Origin: an uncultured Candidatus Saccharibacteria bacterium
GTDB lineage: Bacteria; Patescibacteriota; Minisyncoccia; Minisyncoccales; GWA2-38-27
Direction of reading: 5' to 3'
Assembly (NCBI GenBank): GCA_964609075.1
Contig: CAZSQP010000001.1
Span: 33,593-97,592, forward strand
DNA length: 64,000 bases
The translations under genes were made by a program, and so were the position numbers. Position 1 is the first letter of the stretch. Each line of letters opens with the position of its first letter. Shown piece after piece: positions 1 through 9,601 of this stretch. Under the pieces are notes generated by a model. It saw nothing but the letters and a program-made list of their open reading frames with translations. It was not told where the DNA came from and ran no database searches.

Positions 1-785
1 ATGCTGAAAGGTAGAGTTAAAACAAAAATAAGAGGAACATAATGCCTCAATTTAAAAGGTAGCTTAACAAACTTAAGGGGCAAAACGGCCCATATTCCAT
101 CTTCTATATTATGAGTAAGAAAATCCTTTAAGTTATCTTTAGGATAGTAATAAGCTACAATATCGGGCACTAAAAGAATTTTCCCTCCTGCCTTTTTTAA
201 CCTAATATTGAACTCCATATCTTGAGACCTAAGAAGACTCTCATTAAAAAATCCTACTTTATCAAAAACCTCTCTTCTATAACAGCCACCAAAAACTGTA
301 TCTACCCGGGAAGGTTCCTCTAGGCCTGTTCTAAAATGAGAATTACCAGCTCCGAAATAAGAAGATAAACACTTGGCAATTGACTTCGCCATTAAGGAAT
401 TTTTAAAAGATAACGTTTTCAATATCCCTCCCACATTGTCTGCCCTATATTTTTTTAAGTATTCGACACATTTGGAAATATAGTCTCTCTCATATTTAGC
501 ATGAGCTCCCATTAACATTATTACCTCCCCTTTTGATTTTTTAATGCCAATATTAAAAGCGAAACTGGTAAATTTTCTAGGGTTGTCTAATATTTTAATA
601 AAAGCGTTCTCTCTTAAATACTTCTCTGCAATCTTCCGAGTGCCGTCTTCTGAAAATCCATCAACAATAAAAACCTCTAACCTATTTTTAGGGTAATCTT
701 GAGAAATAATTGAGTTCAGGCAATTAGTTATATATTGCTTTTCATTCCTTGTAGAAATTATTATGGACACAAACGGTTTTCTCAT
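1..785 (-). CDS. Glycosyltransferase family 2 (partial; 3' end runs off the window start)
   Basis: Not in the ORF track because there is no stop in the window. The minus-strand ATG (reverse complement of 783-785) translates to MRKPFVSIIISTRNEKQYITNCLNSIISQDYPKNRLEVFIVDGFSEDGT..., a typical GT-A/GT2 N-terminus. Confidence 0.6.
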   Translation of the reverse strand, partial: MRKPFVSIIISTRNEKQYITNCLNSIISQDYPKNRLEVFIVDGFSEDGTRKIAEKYLRENAFIKILDNPRKFTSFAFNIGIKKSKGEVIMLMGAHAKYERDYISKCVEYLKKYRADNVGGILKTLSFKNSLMAKSIAKCLSSYFGAGNSHFRTGLEEPSRVDTVFGGCYRREVFDKVGFFNESLLRSQDMEFNIRLKKAGGKILLVPDIVAYYYPKDNLKDFLTHNIEDGIWAVLPLKFVKLPFKLRHYVPLIFVLTLPFS

Positions 786-794
786 AGTATTATC

Positions 795-2081
795 TTAAGA
801 TATTTTGTCTAAAATATTTACAAATTTTCTAGTCATTTGTTTCGCATTATAATTATCAATCACGTCCAACCTTCCTTTAAATAAAACTTTATTATTTCTT
901 TTATATTCAGAATAAAAAGATTCTAATGCTTTCTTTATTTCTTCAATATTTAAAACATCAGCTCCTACATTTGTTCTATTTAATAATTCTGAAACGACAT
1001 CTTTCGAACCCCCGACTGCCAAAATAGGCCTTCTTGCTGCCAAATATTCAAATATCTTCCCTGTATAAACTCCTTTCTCTTTAGAATCTTCCCATTTCAA
1101 AAGAAGCAATAACTGAGATTCTCTTTGTTTTTTAAGAGATTCCTGTCTAGAAACCATTCCTTCTTGTTTAACAATATCTAAAAGTCCTAACTCCTCAATC
1201 TCCCTATCAAGCCATTCTCTCTCAGGACCATAAAATCTTAACTTTATATTGGTAGCATCTATTTTATCTTCAGATATCAATTGCTTTATTGCGGTCAAAA
1301 GTTTGAAAGAATTCTGCTTCCCTTTATATATTTGTCCTGTGTAAGTAATTATAAACTTTCTAGCTAATCTAACAGGTGGAAAATTTACTTCTTCAATTTT
1401 GAAACTGTTAAGAATAGCATAGGTTTTCTTCCCTTTGTGAAGTTCTTTTAATTTATTAGCTAAAGGGAGAGAAACCGTAATTAAAGCATCAGCATCAGAA
1501 ATTATTTTCTTTTCCAATCTTTTTTCAATTTTTTTTCTTAAAAAGCAATAAGAATAATTGTGGTTCTGAGTCCAGAGATCACGGAAATCAGCTACCCACG
1601 GAATATTATATTTAGACTTTAAGCGCTCGGCAACAATATGAGCAGTAACCGGAGAAGAACTACTTACAACAACATTAAATTTTTCATTTTCTAAAAGGTT
1701 CTTCCCAGCTTTAATGGCTACTTTTCTCCATTTTTTCTCTTCGTCAGGATAGGCAAAAATGGTTCGGCAGGTCTTAAAGATAAAGTCAATTATGGCCTTC
1801 TTAAAATCGCTCCCTGCTTTTTCTTTAACTTGATTAAGTAGATTGCCCTCTGTTTTAAATCCTTTCTTTTCTAAAACTTTTCGCCAGAAAGAAAAAACAT
1901 CATTATATTTTTGGGTCTCTATAATCCTCAAATTCTTGCCACAATTATTAATCAAAAAATCTTTATTAACAGGAGGGGTTAAAATTGTGGCCTTCCAATT
2001 AAAACTCTCCAGATATTTGACCAAGTTTGGTATTCTGGGGGATGCATGATAAAGATTTGCTATTATTAAAACTTTTTTCAT
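795..2081 (-). CDS. GT-B fold glycosyltransferase (GT4-like)
   Basis: 428-aa ORF. C-terminal GKIFEYLAARRPILAVGG resembles the GT1/GT4 donor-binding motif. Lies in the glycan cluster. Confidence 0.55.
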   Translation of the reverse strand: MKKVLIIANLYHASPRIPNLVKYLESFNWKATILTPPVNKDFLINNCGKNLRIIETQKYNDVFSFWRKVLEKKGFKTEGNLLNQVKEKAGSDFKKAIIDFIFKTCRTIFAYPDEEKKWRKVAIKAGKNLLENEKFNVVVSSSSPVTAHIVAERLKSKYNIPWVADFRDLWTQNHNYSYCFLRKKIEKRLEKKIISDADALITVSLPLANKLKELHKGKKTYAILNSFKIEEVNFPPVRLARKFIITYTGQIYKGKQNSFKLLTAIKQLISEDKIDATNIKLRFYGPEREWLDREIEELGLLDIVKQEGMVSRQESLKKQRESQLLLLLKWEDSKEKGVYTGKIFEYLAARRPILAVGGSKDVVSELLNRTNVGADVLNIEEIKKALESFYSEYKRNNKVLFKGRLDVIDNYNAKQMTRKFVNILDKIS

Positions 2082-2084
2082 AAT

Positions 2085-2834
2085 TTATAGAATAACTTTA
2101 ATAACATCTTTCCAACCTTCAGACCATGATTCTTTAGGAATATCAACAAATTGGATTTTTTCTTCTTTCACAAAATGACTTAGGAGTAATCTATAATTCC
2201 TTTTCCAACGATGAGAATAACCCATTCTTGTCCCCATATCGCTGGCTCTTTCGTCGTGCCACTCAACAAAAATTAGCGCCTTTTTAGCAATCCTTAACAT
2301 CTCTCTAATAATCTTTTTTGTTTTCTGAGGACCAACGTGAGCTAAAACAGCATCGATAAAAACAATATCAAAACTCTTATCAGAAAAATTTTTAAGATTA
2401 TCTGCTTCACCAACAGATAAATTGACATTAGAAATATTTTCCTTTTTCATAAGTTTATTACCTATCCGAATTGCTTCTGAATTGATATCAATACCTCTTA
2501 TTTTAGTCTTAGGAAATTTCTTAGCAATTAAATAAAGATTTGGACCACAATTACAGCCTATCTCTAAAATACTATCGAAGGGGAAAAGACCCTCTATCTC
2601 TTTAAGTAAGAACGTTCTGTGAGGGTCATTCTTATTTCCCCAATAACCCTTAATAATCCAATCGCTTCCTTCTTTTAAGTGTCTATTTCTCCATCTTTTT
2701 TCTTCTTTCTCTCCCGCATCTATATTTAATAATGCCTCCTTTAAAAAGAGTGCTTTTCCATATATCCCTTGAATTAATTTATATAAAGAAGAGTGTTTTC
2801 TTAATGAATATTTTATTTTATTCTTTATCCTCAT
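2085..2834 (-). CDS. Class I SAM-dependent methyltransferase
   Basis: Motif I ILEIGCNCGPN and post-I DIVFIDAVL. Confidence 0.7.
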   Translation of the reverse strand: MRIKNKIKYSLRKHSSLYKLIQGIYGKALFLKEALLNIDAGEKEEKRWRNRHLKEGSDWIIKGYWGNKNDPHRTFLLKEIEGLFPFDSILEIGCNCGPNLYLIAKKFPKTKIRGIDINSEAIRIGNKLMKKENISNVNLSVGEADNLKNFSDKSFDIVFIDAVLAHVGPQKTKKIIREMLRIAKKALIFVEWHDERASDMGTRMGYSHRWKRNYRLLLSHFVKEEKIQFVDIPKESWSEGWKDVIKVIL

Positions 2835-3763
2835 CTTTTATTACGATTCAATTTATTGATGTTTGATAAATATCTTTTTAATCCCTCTTCTAAAGACATA
2901 GGAGAGTATCCTAAAACCTTCTTTGCTTTTTTAATATCAAGAGAAAATCTAAAAGGTCTATCAGTATTCTTGTCTGATAACACTATTTTTGACTTCGAAC
3001 CAGCTAATTCAATTATTTTTTTTGCAAGTTCTTTTATGCTCGTTTCCTCACCATTACTGATGTTATAGGTTCCAGGCACATTATTTTCAACCGCTAAGAC
3101 AGTGCCCTTAACTATATCATCTATATATGTAAAATTAGTAGTTTGAGCCCCATTGCCATATATAGTAATTGAATTATTATTGAGAGCTTGTTCAACAAAT
3201 CTATAAGTAGCATAATGTTCATCCTGACCAATACCATAAGCTCCACAATATCGAAGAATAGTTATATCCATCAATTTAGAATAGACATTACAATAAATCT
3301 CTCCCGCTAATTTACTCGCTCCGTAAAACGTAGAAGGTTTAGTCGGATGTTTTTCGTCTACTGGAAGATATTCTGGAGGAACAGAATAAACACTGCTCGT
3401 AGAGATATATATAAATCTTTTTATACCATTTAAATAAGCCGAATTCAACAGGTTTAACGTTCCCCTATCATTTACCTCAAACAAAGAAAATGGGCTCTCC
3501 AAATCATTCTCAGAAGGAAGCTTAGCTGCTAAATGCAAAACAATCTGAATCTTATTTCCCTTCAGAATATCATTGATTAGTTTTTGGTCTTTGATATCTC
3601 CTTCAAAAAATCTTTTTCCCAGTAATTTCTTTGCTTTTTCGTTTCCGTTTGGCAAAGAAAACCCAAAAACTTCATATCCTTCTTGTTGCAGCTTTTTACA
3701 AAGATGGAAAGCAATAAATCCACCAGCTCCTGTAACTAAAATATTTAATGACGTATTTTTCAT
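2831..3763 (-). CDS. NAD-dependent nucleotide-sugar epimerase/dehydratase (SDR)
   Basis: N-terminal VTGAGGFIAFHL (GxxGxxG) and catalytic YGASK (YxxxK). Has a 4-nt overlap with the downstream gene. Confidence 0.8.
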   Translation of the reverse strand: MKNTSLNILVTGAGGFIAFHLCKKLQQEGYEVFGFSLPNGNEKAKKLLGKRFFEGDIKDQKLINDILKGNKIQIVLHLAAKLPSENDLESPFSLFEVNDRGTLNLLNSAYLNGIKRFIYISTSSVYSVPPEYLPVDEKHPTKPSTFYGASKLAGEIYCNVYSKLMDITILRYCGAYGIGQDEHYATYRFVEQALNNNSITIYGNGAQTTNFTYIDDIVKGTVLAVENNVPGTYNISNGEETSIKELAKKIIELAGSKSKIVLSDKNTDRPFRFSLDIKKAKKVLGYSPMSLEEGLKRYLSNINKLNRNKR

Positions 3764-3773
3764 AAAAAATATA

Positions 3774-4844
3774 TTATTCTTTTATTAATTTTTGATAATA
3801 ATTTTCCATTTTTTTCATTTCTTCAAAATAATTAAAATCCCTTTTTATAGTTTTTCTACCCTCCCTCCCAAGTTTCTTTCTAAGTTCTTTATTCATCAGT
3901 AAAGAAATTATCTTTTTAGCTAATGACTCTGGATCTCTTACCGGAAAAAGAAGCCCATCTTTATTATCTTTTATTCTCTTTTTATTCACTTCTATATCTG
4001 TTGTTATTACAGGAACTCCACAAGCCATAGCTTGTTGAGTTGCTTGAGAAAGATCTCCATCTGACAAAGAAGTAGAAACATACACATCTGACGATCTAAG
4101 ATGCCAACTTATCTTTTCTGAAGAAATCCAACCCACAAATTTAATAGAATCAATTACTCCTAATGATTTTGCCAGCTCTCTTAATTTCGTTTTTTCAGAA
4201 CCTTTTCCAGCAATTATGAATTTAGTTCGAGGAAAATCTTTGAGAACTATAGGAACTGAATTAATTAAAGTTTCAAGATTATAAACAGGTTCCAGATTTC
4301 TCAAACTAATAATCGTATAGAATGATCCTGGTTCATATTTATCTTTTGGTTTGAACTTAGAAACATCTATTGCCCAGAAGATTAGTTTGATTTTTTCGGA
4401 TTTAACTCCTAATTCAATCATCTCCTGTTTAATTGGTTCCCCATTACAGGTTATTAAATCAGCCCTTTTCAAAACTTTACTAATTAATAACTTATTTATT
4501 ATATTCTTATCAGGATTAATTAAAATATCCGAACCCCATGCAGTTAGAATATAAGGATGAAAACCGGACAACACCCCCAAGACACCATTAACTCCTGCAT
4601 AATGAGCGTGCAAAATATCCGGTTTTATTTCTTTAATCAGTTTTCTCATTCGAAATAAATTAAAGATTACATCTAAAATTTTAACAGGATATTCCTCTAA
4701 ATAATAACTCTTGACATTCTTTATTTCGCCGACAGTATTAGGAGTTACACTTATCCAGTATACTTCATATCCTCTATCTGCGAAATATTTAATCCAAGTC
4801 TTAGAATGAACCGAATTAGCACTTGCAAAAAAACATAACCTCAT
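3774..4844 (-). CDS. Glycosyltransferase family 4
   Basis: QQAMACGVPVITTD motif and GT-B architecture. Confidence 0.7.
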   Translation of the reverse strand: MRLCFFASANSVHSKTWIKYFADRGYEVYWISVTPNTVGEIKNVKSYYLEEYPVKILDVIFNLFRMRKLIKEIKPDILHAHYAGVNGVLGVLSGFHPYILTAWGSDILINPDKNIINKLLISKVLKRADLITCNGEPIKQEMIELGVKSEKIKLIFWAIDVSKFKPKDKYEPGSFYTIISLRNLEPVYNLETLINSVPIVLKDFPRTKFIIAGKGSEKTKLRELAKSLGVIDSIKFVGWISSEKISWHLRSSDVYVSTSLSDGDLSQATQQAMACGVPVITTDIEVNKKRIKDNKDGLLFPVRDPESLAKKIISLLMNKELRKKLGREGRKTIKRDFNYFEEMKKMENYYQKLIKE

Positions 4845-6172
4845 ATATTTTCATTAGAACTTAAATATTTGGTCTTCAATAAGACTAAAAATTCCTTGTA
4901 AAATTTAAAATCCGATTTTTTTACAAAAATCACGTCTCTAATCTTATTATTAGAAATCTTACTATAAACCAAAAGCATAATAAAAAAAGCTAAGGAATAA
5001 GAAACTGCAGTTGCCCAAGCTGCTCCCGTAATTCCAAACCTCGGAATTAAAGCAATATTTAAAACTATATTCAATATTATTGAAAAACCTGATATATAAG
5101 TGTTTGGCATCGGCTTGCCACGTCCCATCAAGTCACTATTTAAAATCCTTAAACCAGAATACGCTAAAACTCCTATAAGTAAAATTTGAAACGGTTGAAC
5201 CGAATCTAAAAAGGTTTTGGTATAAAATAAAGTAATTAGCCATTTTTTAAAAATAAAAAGAAAAATAACAGTCAAAAAAGAAACAAACAATACATTGCGA
5301 CAGACTAGTGGAGTAAATTCTTTCAATTGCTTCTCGCTTCTCTCCGATGCCACTTTTGGAAATAATATCGTTGTTACTGATTGTGAAAAATGCCATATCA
5401 TTTCTGCTAATTTCACAGCTATAAAGTAAAAACCTGCTGCCATTGGATTTACAAAAATATTTACTAAAAATATATCTATTTTGTGGTGAAGAAAAACAAA
5501 TATACTTCCCAAATAAGTTTTAAATCCGTAAGAAAATGTATTCTTTAAATAATGTTTGTTGTTCTTGCAGATTATTCCTCCTACTTCTTTTTTAACTAAA
5601 AGGAATAAAATTAATACAGTTAAAGCAAAAGATAATATTTGAGCTAATATTGCAAAATCAATTTTCGGATAAAAAAATATAAAAAATATAATCATTAAAA
5701 GGAAGAAAAAGAGAGGCTCGAATAGTTTTACCAAATTATACCTCTTTATTTTTTGTAAGCCGAGAAGAATATTAATGATAAAATTAAAAAATACAGAAAA
5801 CGGAATTAAGCCAAGAGCTAAGATTAAGTATTTATTAGGAACTTCTGGGAACAATTGATTACTAAAAAAAGAAATAATAATCAATCCAATTAAAATTGAA
5901 AAGGCACTAATCAAAATACTTAATATAATATTATTTCCAAAAATTTCTTTCGTAGAATATTTCTTCTTTCCGACAAAATAAGTTGTTGCCGAGTTAATAC
6001 CAAATCCAGTAAAGAGCACCAAAAGAGTGGGAAATAATATCGTCAAAGAATAAATACCCTGCCCTTCTGGACCCAAGGTTCTAGCAATTATTACCGAAAT
6101 ACCTATCCCTAGAGAAACAGTTAAAACTCTTACAAAAAAAGTGATCATTATATTTTTAGTAAAAACAGCCAT
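4841..6172 (-). CDS. Wzx-like oligosaccharide flippase (MOP/PST superfamily)
   Basis: 443-aa polytopic membrane protein in the glycan cluster. C-terminal GITGAAWATAVSY is typical of PST flippases. Confidence 0.6.
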   Translation of the reverse strand: MAVFTKNIMITFFVRVLTVSLGIGISVIIARTLGPEGQGIYSLTILFPTLLVLFTGFGINSATTYFVGKKKYSTKEIFGNNIILSILISAFSILIGLIIISFFSNQLFPEVPNKYLILALGLIPFSVFFNFIINILLGLQKIKRYNLVKLFEPLFFFLLMIIFFIFFYPKIDFAILAQILSFALTVLILFLLVKKEVGGIICKNNKHYLKNTFSYGFKTYLGSIFVFLHHKIDIFLVNIFVNPMAAGFYFIAVKLAEMIWHFSQSVTTILFPKVASERSEKQLKEFTPLVCRNVLFVSFLTVIFLFIFKKWLITLFYTKTFLDSVQPFQILLIGVLAYSGLRILNSDLMGRGKPMPNTYISGFSIILNIVLNIALIPRFGITGAAWATAVSYSLAFFIMLLVYSKISNNKIRDVIFVKKSDFKFYKEFLVLLKTKYLSSNENI

Positions 6173-6188
6173 TAAAATAAACTTCTTC

Positions 6189-7055
6189 TTATAGATAATT
6201 TAATTTTTTAAGCAACTTTACAACTTCTTTGTTTTTCATAACTTCCCCTATTCTCTTTCTGTTTTCAGGTTTTTTCCATTTACCAATCGAGTTACTGTGT
6301 AATCCTTGAATTGGACTAAACCAAGCATTTTTTTGAACAAAACTATTCTCTAATTTCGCATTTTTAACCCAATCTTTAAGCTCATCAGAAAATTTTTCAC
6401 CAATGAACTCACAAACTTTTTCCATTGTCTTGGAATAAGAAAGAATCAAATCCTCATATTTGATAGTTAAAACTTGGGGATGATTAATATATTTCAAACC
6501 TGCAGAAACATCTCTTATCCACCTATCAGAATCTACATGATAACTGTCAGAACTGTTGGGACTGTAAGAAAGCAAAACATCTCTTCCATCTCTAACTATA
6601 TTTATTAATTTTACTTTTCCTTTAAAGAAAGATAATATCTTATCAAAATAAAGTACGTTTCTTGGCGTTTTTTCACACCAGCGAGTAACTTCTTCGGAGA
6701 TATCCGATTTCAGAATGTAGTAATATAGAGCCCCTAAACGAGGTAGATCAACTCCATTTTTTTTGTGATCCCAATGTACAAAGGCTTCTGTTTCAATGGG
6801 AAGCGAATATATGTGAGAATGAGCGGAGAGTATAGTTAATAATAGCGTAGTACCAGATCTCCCGCATCCTCCGATTATAATTGGCATATCACTAAAAGAA
6901 TTATTGCATTTTCTAGCTCCTAGATATCTAGTTATCTTACTTGTATTAATAAGATATTTTTTCGCTTCCCGAAAAGCTGATAATAATCCTTCTTTTTTAT
7001 ATATACCAAAAAAAACAGAAAATTTATTTTTATATATTCTCTGATTATTAATCAT
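6189..7055 (-). CDS. Sulfotransferase family protein
   Basis: 5'-PSB-like loop IIGGCGRSGTTLL and 3'-PB-like IVRDGRDV. Confidence 0.6.
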   Translation of the reverse strand: MINNQRIYKNKFSVFFGIYKKEGLLSAFREAKKYLINTSKITRYLGARKCNNSFSDMPIIIGGCGRSGTTLLLTILSAHSHIYSLPIETEAFVHWDHKKNGVDLPRLGALYYYILKSDISEEVTRWCEKTPRNVLYFDKILSFFKGKVKLINIVRDGRDVLLSYSPNSSDSYHVDSDRWIRDVSAGLKYINHPQVLTIKYEDLILSYSKTMEKVCEFIGEKFSDELKDWVKNAKLENSFVQKNAWFSPIQGLHSNSIGKWKKPENRKRIGEVMKNKEVVKLLKKLNYL

Positions 7056-7056
7056 T

Positions 7057-8154
7057 TTAGGAATAAAATTCTTTAATTTTGTTAACTATAAAAATTTGAT
7101 CTCTTTTCGCAAGCCTTGAATAAATAGGCAAAGATAAAACTTCTTTTACAGCTTTTTCTGTTTGAGTAAATTCGTTCTTATCAACCTTTAAAAAGTTTAA
7201 AGCTGGTTGAGAATAGAGGGGCAAAGGATAGTAAATTTTAGTTTCGATGCCTGTTTCTTCTAGGTAATCTTTTAATTCGTCTCTTCTTTCAGCTCTAATG
7301 GTATAACAGTTAAAAACATGATCATCATCAAAAATCGGAGTCTTTATTTCTTTAAGATCTTTTAAGCCTTCGCTGTATCTTCTAGCGATTTCTTTTCTTT
7401 CTCCAATCCATTTCCCCAGATAATCCATTTTTACCTTCAAGAAAGCTGCCTGCAAAGAATCAAGTCTTGAGTTTGTCCCCAAAACCAAGTTCTTATACTT
7501 ATTTTCCAAACTAGAACCGTGATTTCTTAAAAGTTTTATTTCCTCAGCTAATTCTCTATTGTTTGTAGCTACCATTCCCCCATCTCCTAAAGTTCCCAGA
7601 ATTTTAGTAGGGAAAAAACTAAAGCAGCTAATATCACCTTTTCCTATCTCTCCTGCTCCAAAAGACTGAGCTGCATCCTCAATGACAAAAAGATTATTCT
7701 TTTTTGCTATTTCTAAAATCTTATCGATTTTGGCTGGCAACCCGAAAAGATGAACCGGAATAAGAGCTTTTGTTTTTGAAGTAATCTTTTTCTCTATTTC
7801 TTTCGGAGAAATATTGAAATCCTCTTCAATATCGGCAAAAACAGGTTTTGCACCCAAATTAGCTATAACCTCAGCAGTAGAGATAAAAGTAAAAGGAGTA
7901 GTTATAACCTCATCTTCTTCTTTAATACCGAGAGCTTTTAAAGATAAAAAAAGAGCGTCTGTTCCTGAATTAACGCCTAAAGCGTATTTTACTTTTAGAA
8001 ACTCGGCCATTTTCTTTTCAAAGTCTTTCACTTCCCTACCTCCGATAAAAACTCCGCTTTCTAAAACTCTTTTAAAAGCTGCTTCAAGTTCTTCTTTTAT
8101 TTGAGGATATTCTTTTTTAAAGTCAAAAAACTTTATCATTTTCTTGGATTTCAT
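7057..8154 (-). CDS. DegT/DnrJ/EryC1/StrS-family PLP-dependent sugar aminotransferase (WbpE-like)
   Basis: Family-typical sequence throughout, e.g. GVNSGTDALFLSLKALGI, FGLPAKIDKI and FFPTKILG (Lys). Confidence 0.8.
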   Translation of the reverse strand: MKSKKMIKFFDFKKEYPQIKEELEAAFKRVLESGVFIGGREVKDFEKKMAEFLKVKYALGVNSGTDALFLSLKALGIKEEDEVITTPFTFISTAEVIANLGAKPVFADIEEDFNISPKEIEKKITSKTKALIPVHLFGLPAKIDKILEIAKKNNLFVIEDAAQSFGAGEIGKGDISCFSFFPTKILGTLGDGGMVATNNRELAEEIKLLRNHGSSLENKYKNLVLGTNSRLDSLQAAFLKVKMDYLGKWIGERKEIARRYSEGLKDLKEIKTPIFDDDHVFNCYTIRAERRDELKDYLEETGIETKIYYPLPLYSQPALNFLKVDKNEFTQTEKAVKEVLSLPIYSRLAKRDQIFIVNKIKEFYS

Positions 8155-8212
8155 TGAGATTAAATCTTCTACCTAACCTTTCTCTTTTTTTACTTCTTTT
8201 AAATTTAATTTT

Positions 8213-8779
8213 TTATAAATCCTGATTTGTCTTTTTCAGAGCAACGTTTATGGCAGGGATAAGCATTTTTAGCTGTAGCTGATAAACTTTTTCCTTCAAA
8301 TCTTTTTTTGTTTCTCCTTTCTGTACTTTTATTTTTTCTTTAAGAAGAATCTCTCCGGCATCAATTTTTTCATCGATAATATGAGCCGTGACTCCCAAGA
8401 GAATGTTTCTCTTTAATGATCTATTCACTGCATTCAATCCTCTCACTTGAGGCAGAAGAGCTGGGTGGAGATTAATAATTGGAATTTCCTTCACTATCTT
8501 CTTATTTAATAATCTTGCTCCCGCAATCACCCCTATTCCCTCTAATAAATCACCTGCATTATTGTGATCTCTAACAATATATTCTACCCCTAGCTTTTTG
8601 CACAGTGTTTTTGGATGAACTCCCTCTTTTGGTTCTTTATTGTCAGGACAAGAAGAAAGCTTTTTAAAATTCTGGGCAATAACCTTCAAATCGTAATTGT
8701 TATGATAAAGTATGTTTATAAAGTCCGTTGTCTTTCTATGAGGAAAATTATATCCAAAAAGAGTTATCTTATTTTTCAT
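8213..8779 (-). CDS. Formyltransferase-domain protein (putative sugar N-formyltransferase)
   Basis: INLHPALLPQVRGLNA matches the Fmt/PurN-type HxSLLPxxRG motif. Sits next to the aminotransferase. Confidence 0.55.
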   Translation of the reverse strand: MKNKITLFGYNFPHRKTTDFINILYHNNYDLKVIAQNFKKLSSCPDNKEPKEGVHPKTLCKKLGVEYIVRDHNNAGDLLEGIGVIAGARLLNKKIVKEIPIINLHPALLPQVRGLNAVNRSLKRNILLGVTAHIIDEKIDAGEILLKEKIKVQKGETKKDLKEKVYQLQLKMLIPAINVALKKTNQDL

Positions 8780-9596
8780 AAGACTGATAGAGTCTCTCTA
8801 TTAACTCGATTGATTTCAAAGAATCCTCTGGTCTTTGACCTTTTCTTTTTATTAAATCCTGATAGACAAACTGATGAAGATTTTCCTCAGCGAGATTCTT
8901 TTTGGAAGAAAAGTTATACGGAGTCCCATTGATAATAAATTCTCTTTTCTTAATTATTTCTCCCCCCTCCTCTTTATTAATAAACATACTGAAATCGCAA
9001 AAATAATTCTCTCCTTCTATTTTTATTTTGGCTTCCGCTTTCGGATTTCTGTCATTCTTATCATATATTTTCTCCACGTGAAAGTTCTTAGCTTCTCCGA
9101 AAAGATGTAAAAGAATATCAAAATAATGAACCCCTACATTAAACAAAAATCCTCCAGAGGTTTCTTTTTTATTTTTCCATCCTTCTACATAGTTATTGTC
9201 ATCCCTCTGAAAACAGATATTAGCTTTTATAACGTGTCTGCTTTTTTTTACTAATTGCTCTTTCTTTATCTTCTCTAAAAGAGGATGATGTCTTAACTGC
9301 AGAACCGAAAAAACATTCTCTCCAACTAAATCTCTTGCATGGCTTGAGTTAATTACCAGAGGCTTTTCGCAAAGAACTATTTTCCCTCTTTTCAGCGACT
9401 CTTTTATCATTTTGTAATGAAGGTGGTTGGGAGTTAAAATAGAAACATAATCAGCTCTGCTTTCCGCTAAGGTCTCTTTCCACTTCTCTTCTCCTTGATC
9501 TTTGTCTACCGCTATTTCTATCTCCCCCCCGACAGCTTCTATGGCCTCTTTGTGTTTTGGGAATATAAATCCTTTTCCTATTACAAAAAACTTCAT
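8769..9596 (-). CDS. Gfo/Idh/MocA-family oxidoreductase (WbpB-like)
   Basis: N-terminal Rossmann fold plus the LCEKPL hallmark motif. Confidence 0.6.
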   Translation of the reverse strand: MKFFVIGKGFIFPKHKEAIEAVGGEIEIAVDKDQGEEKWKETLAESRADYVSILTPNHLHYKMIKESLKRGKIVLCEKPLVINSSHARDLVGENVFSVLQLRHHPLLEKIKKEQLVKKSRHVIKANICFQRDDNNYVEGWKNKKETSGGFLFNVGVHYFDILLHLFGEAKNFHVEKIYDKNDRNPKAEAKIKIEGENYFCDFSMFINKEEGGEIIKKREFIINGTPYNFSSKKNLAEENLHQFVYQDLIKRKGQRPEDSLKSIELIERLYQSYEK

Positions 9597-9601
9597 ATTA
9601 A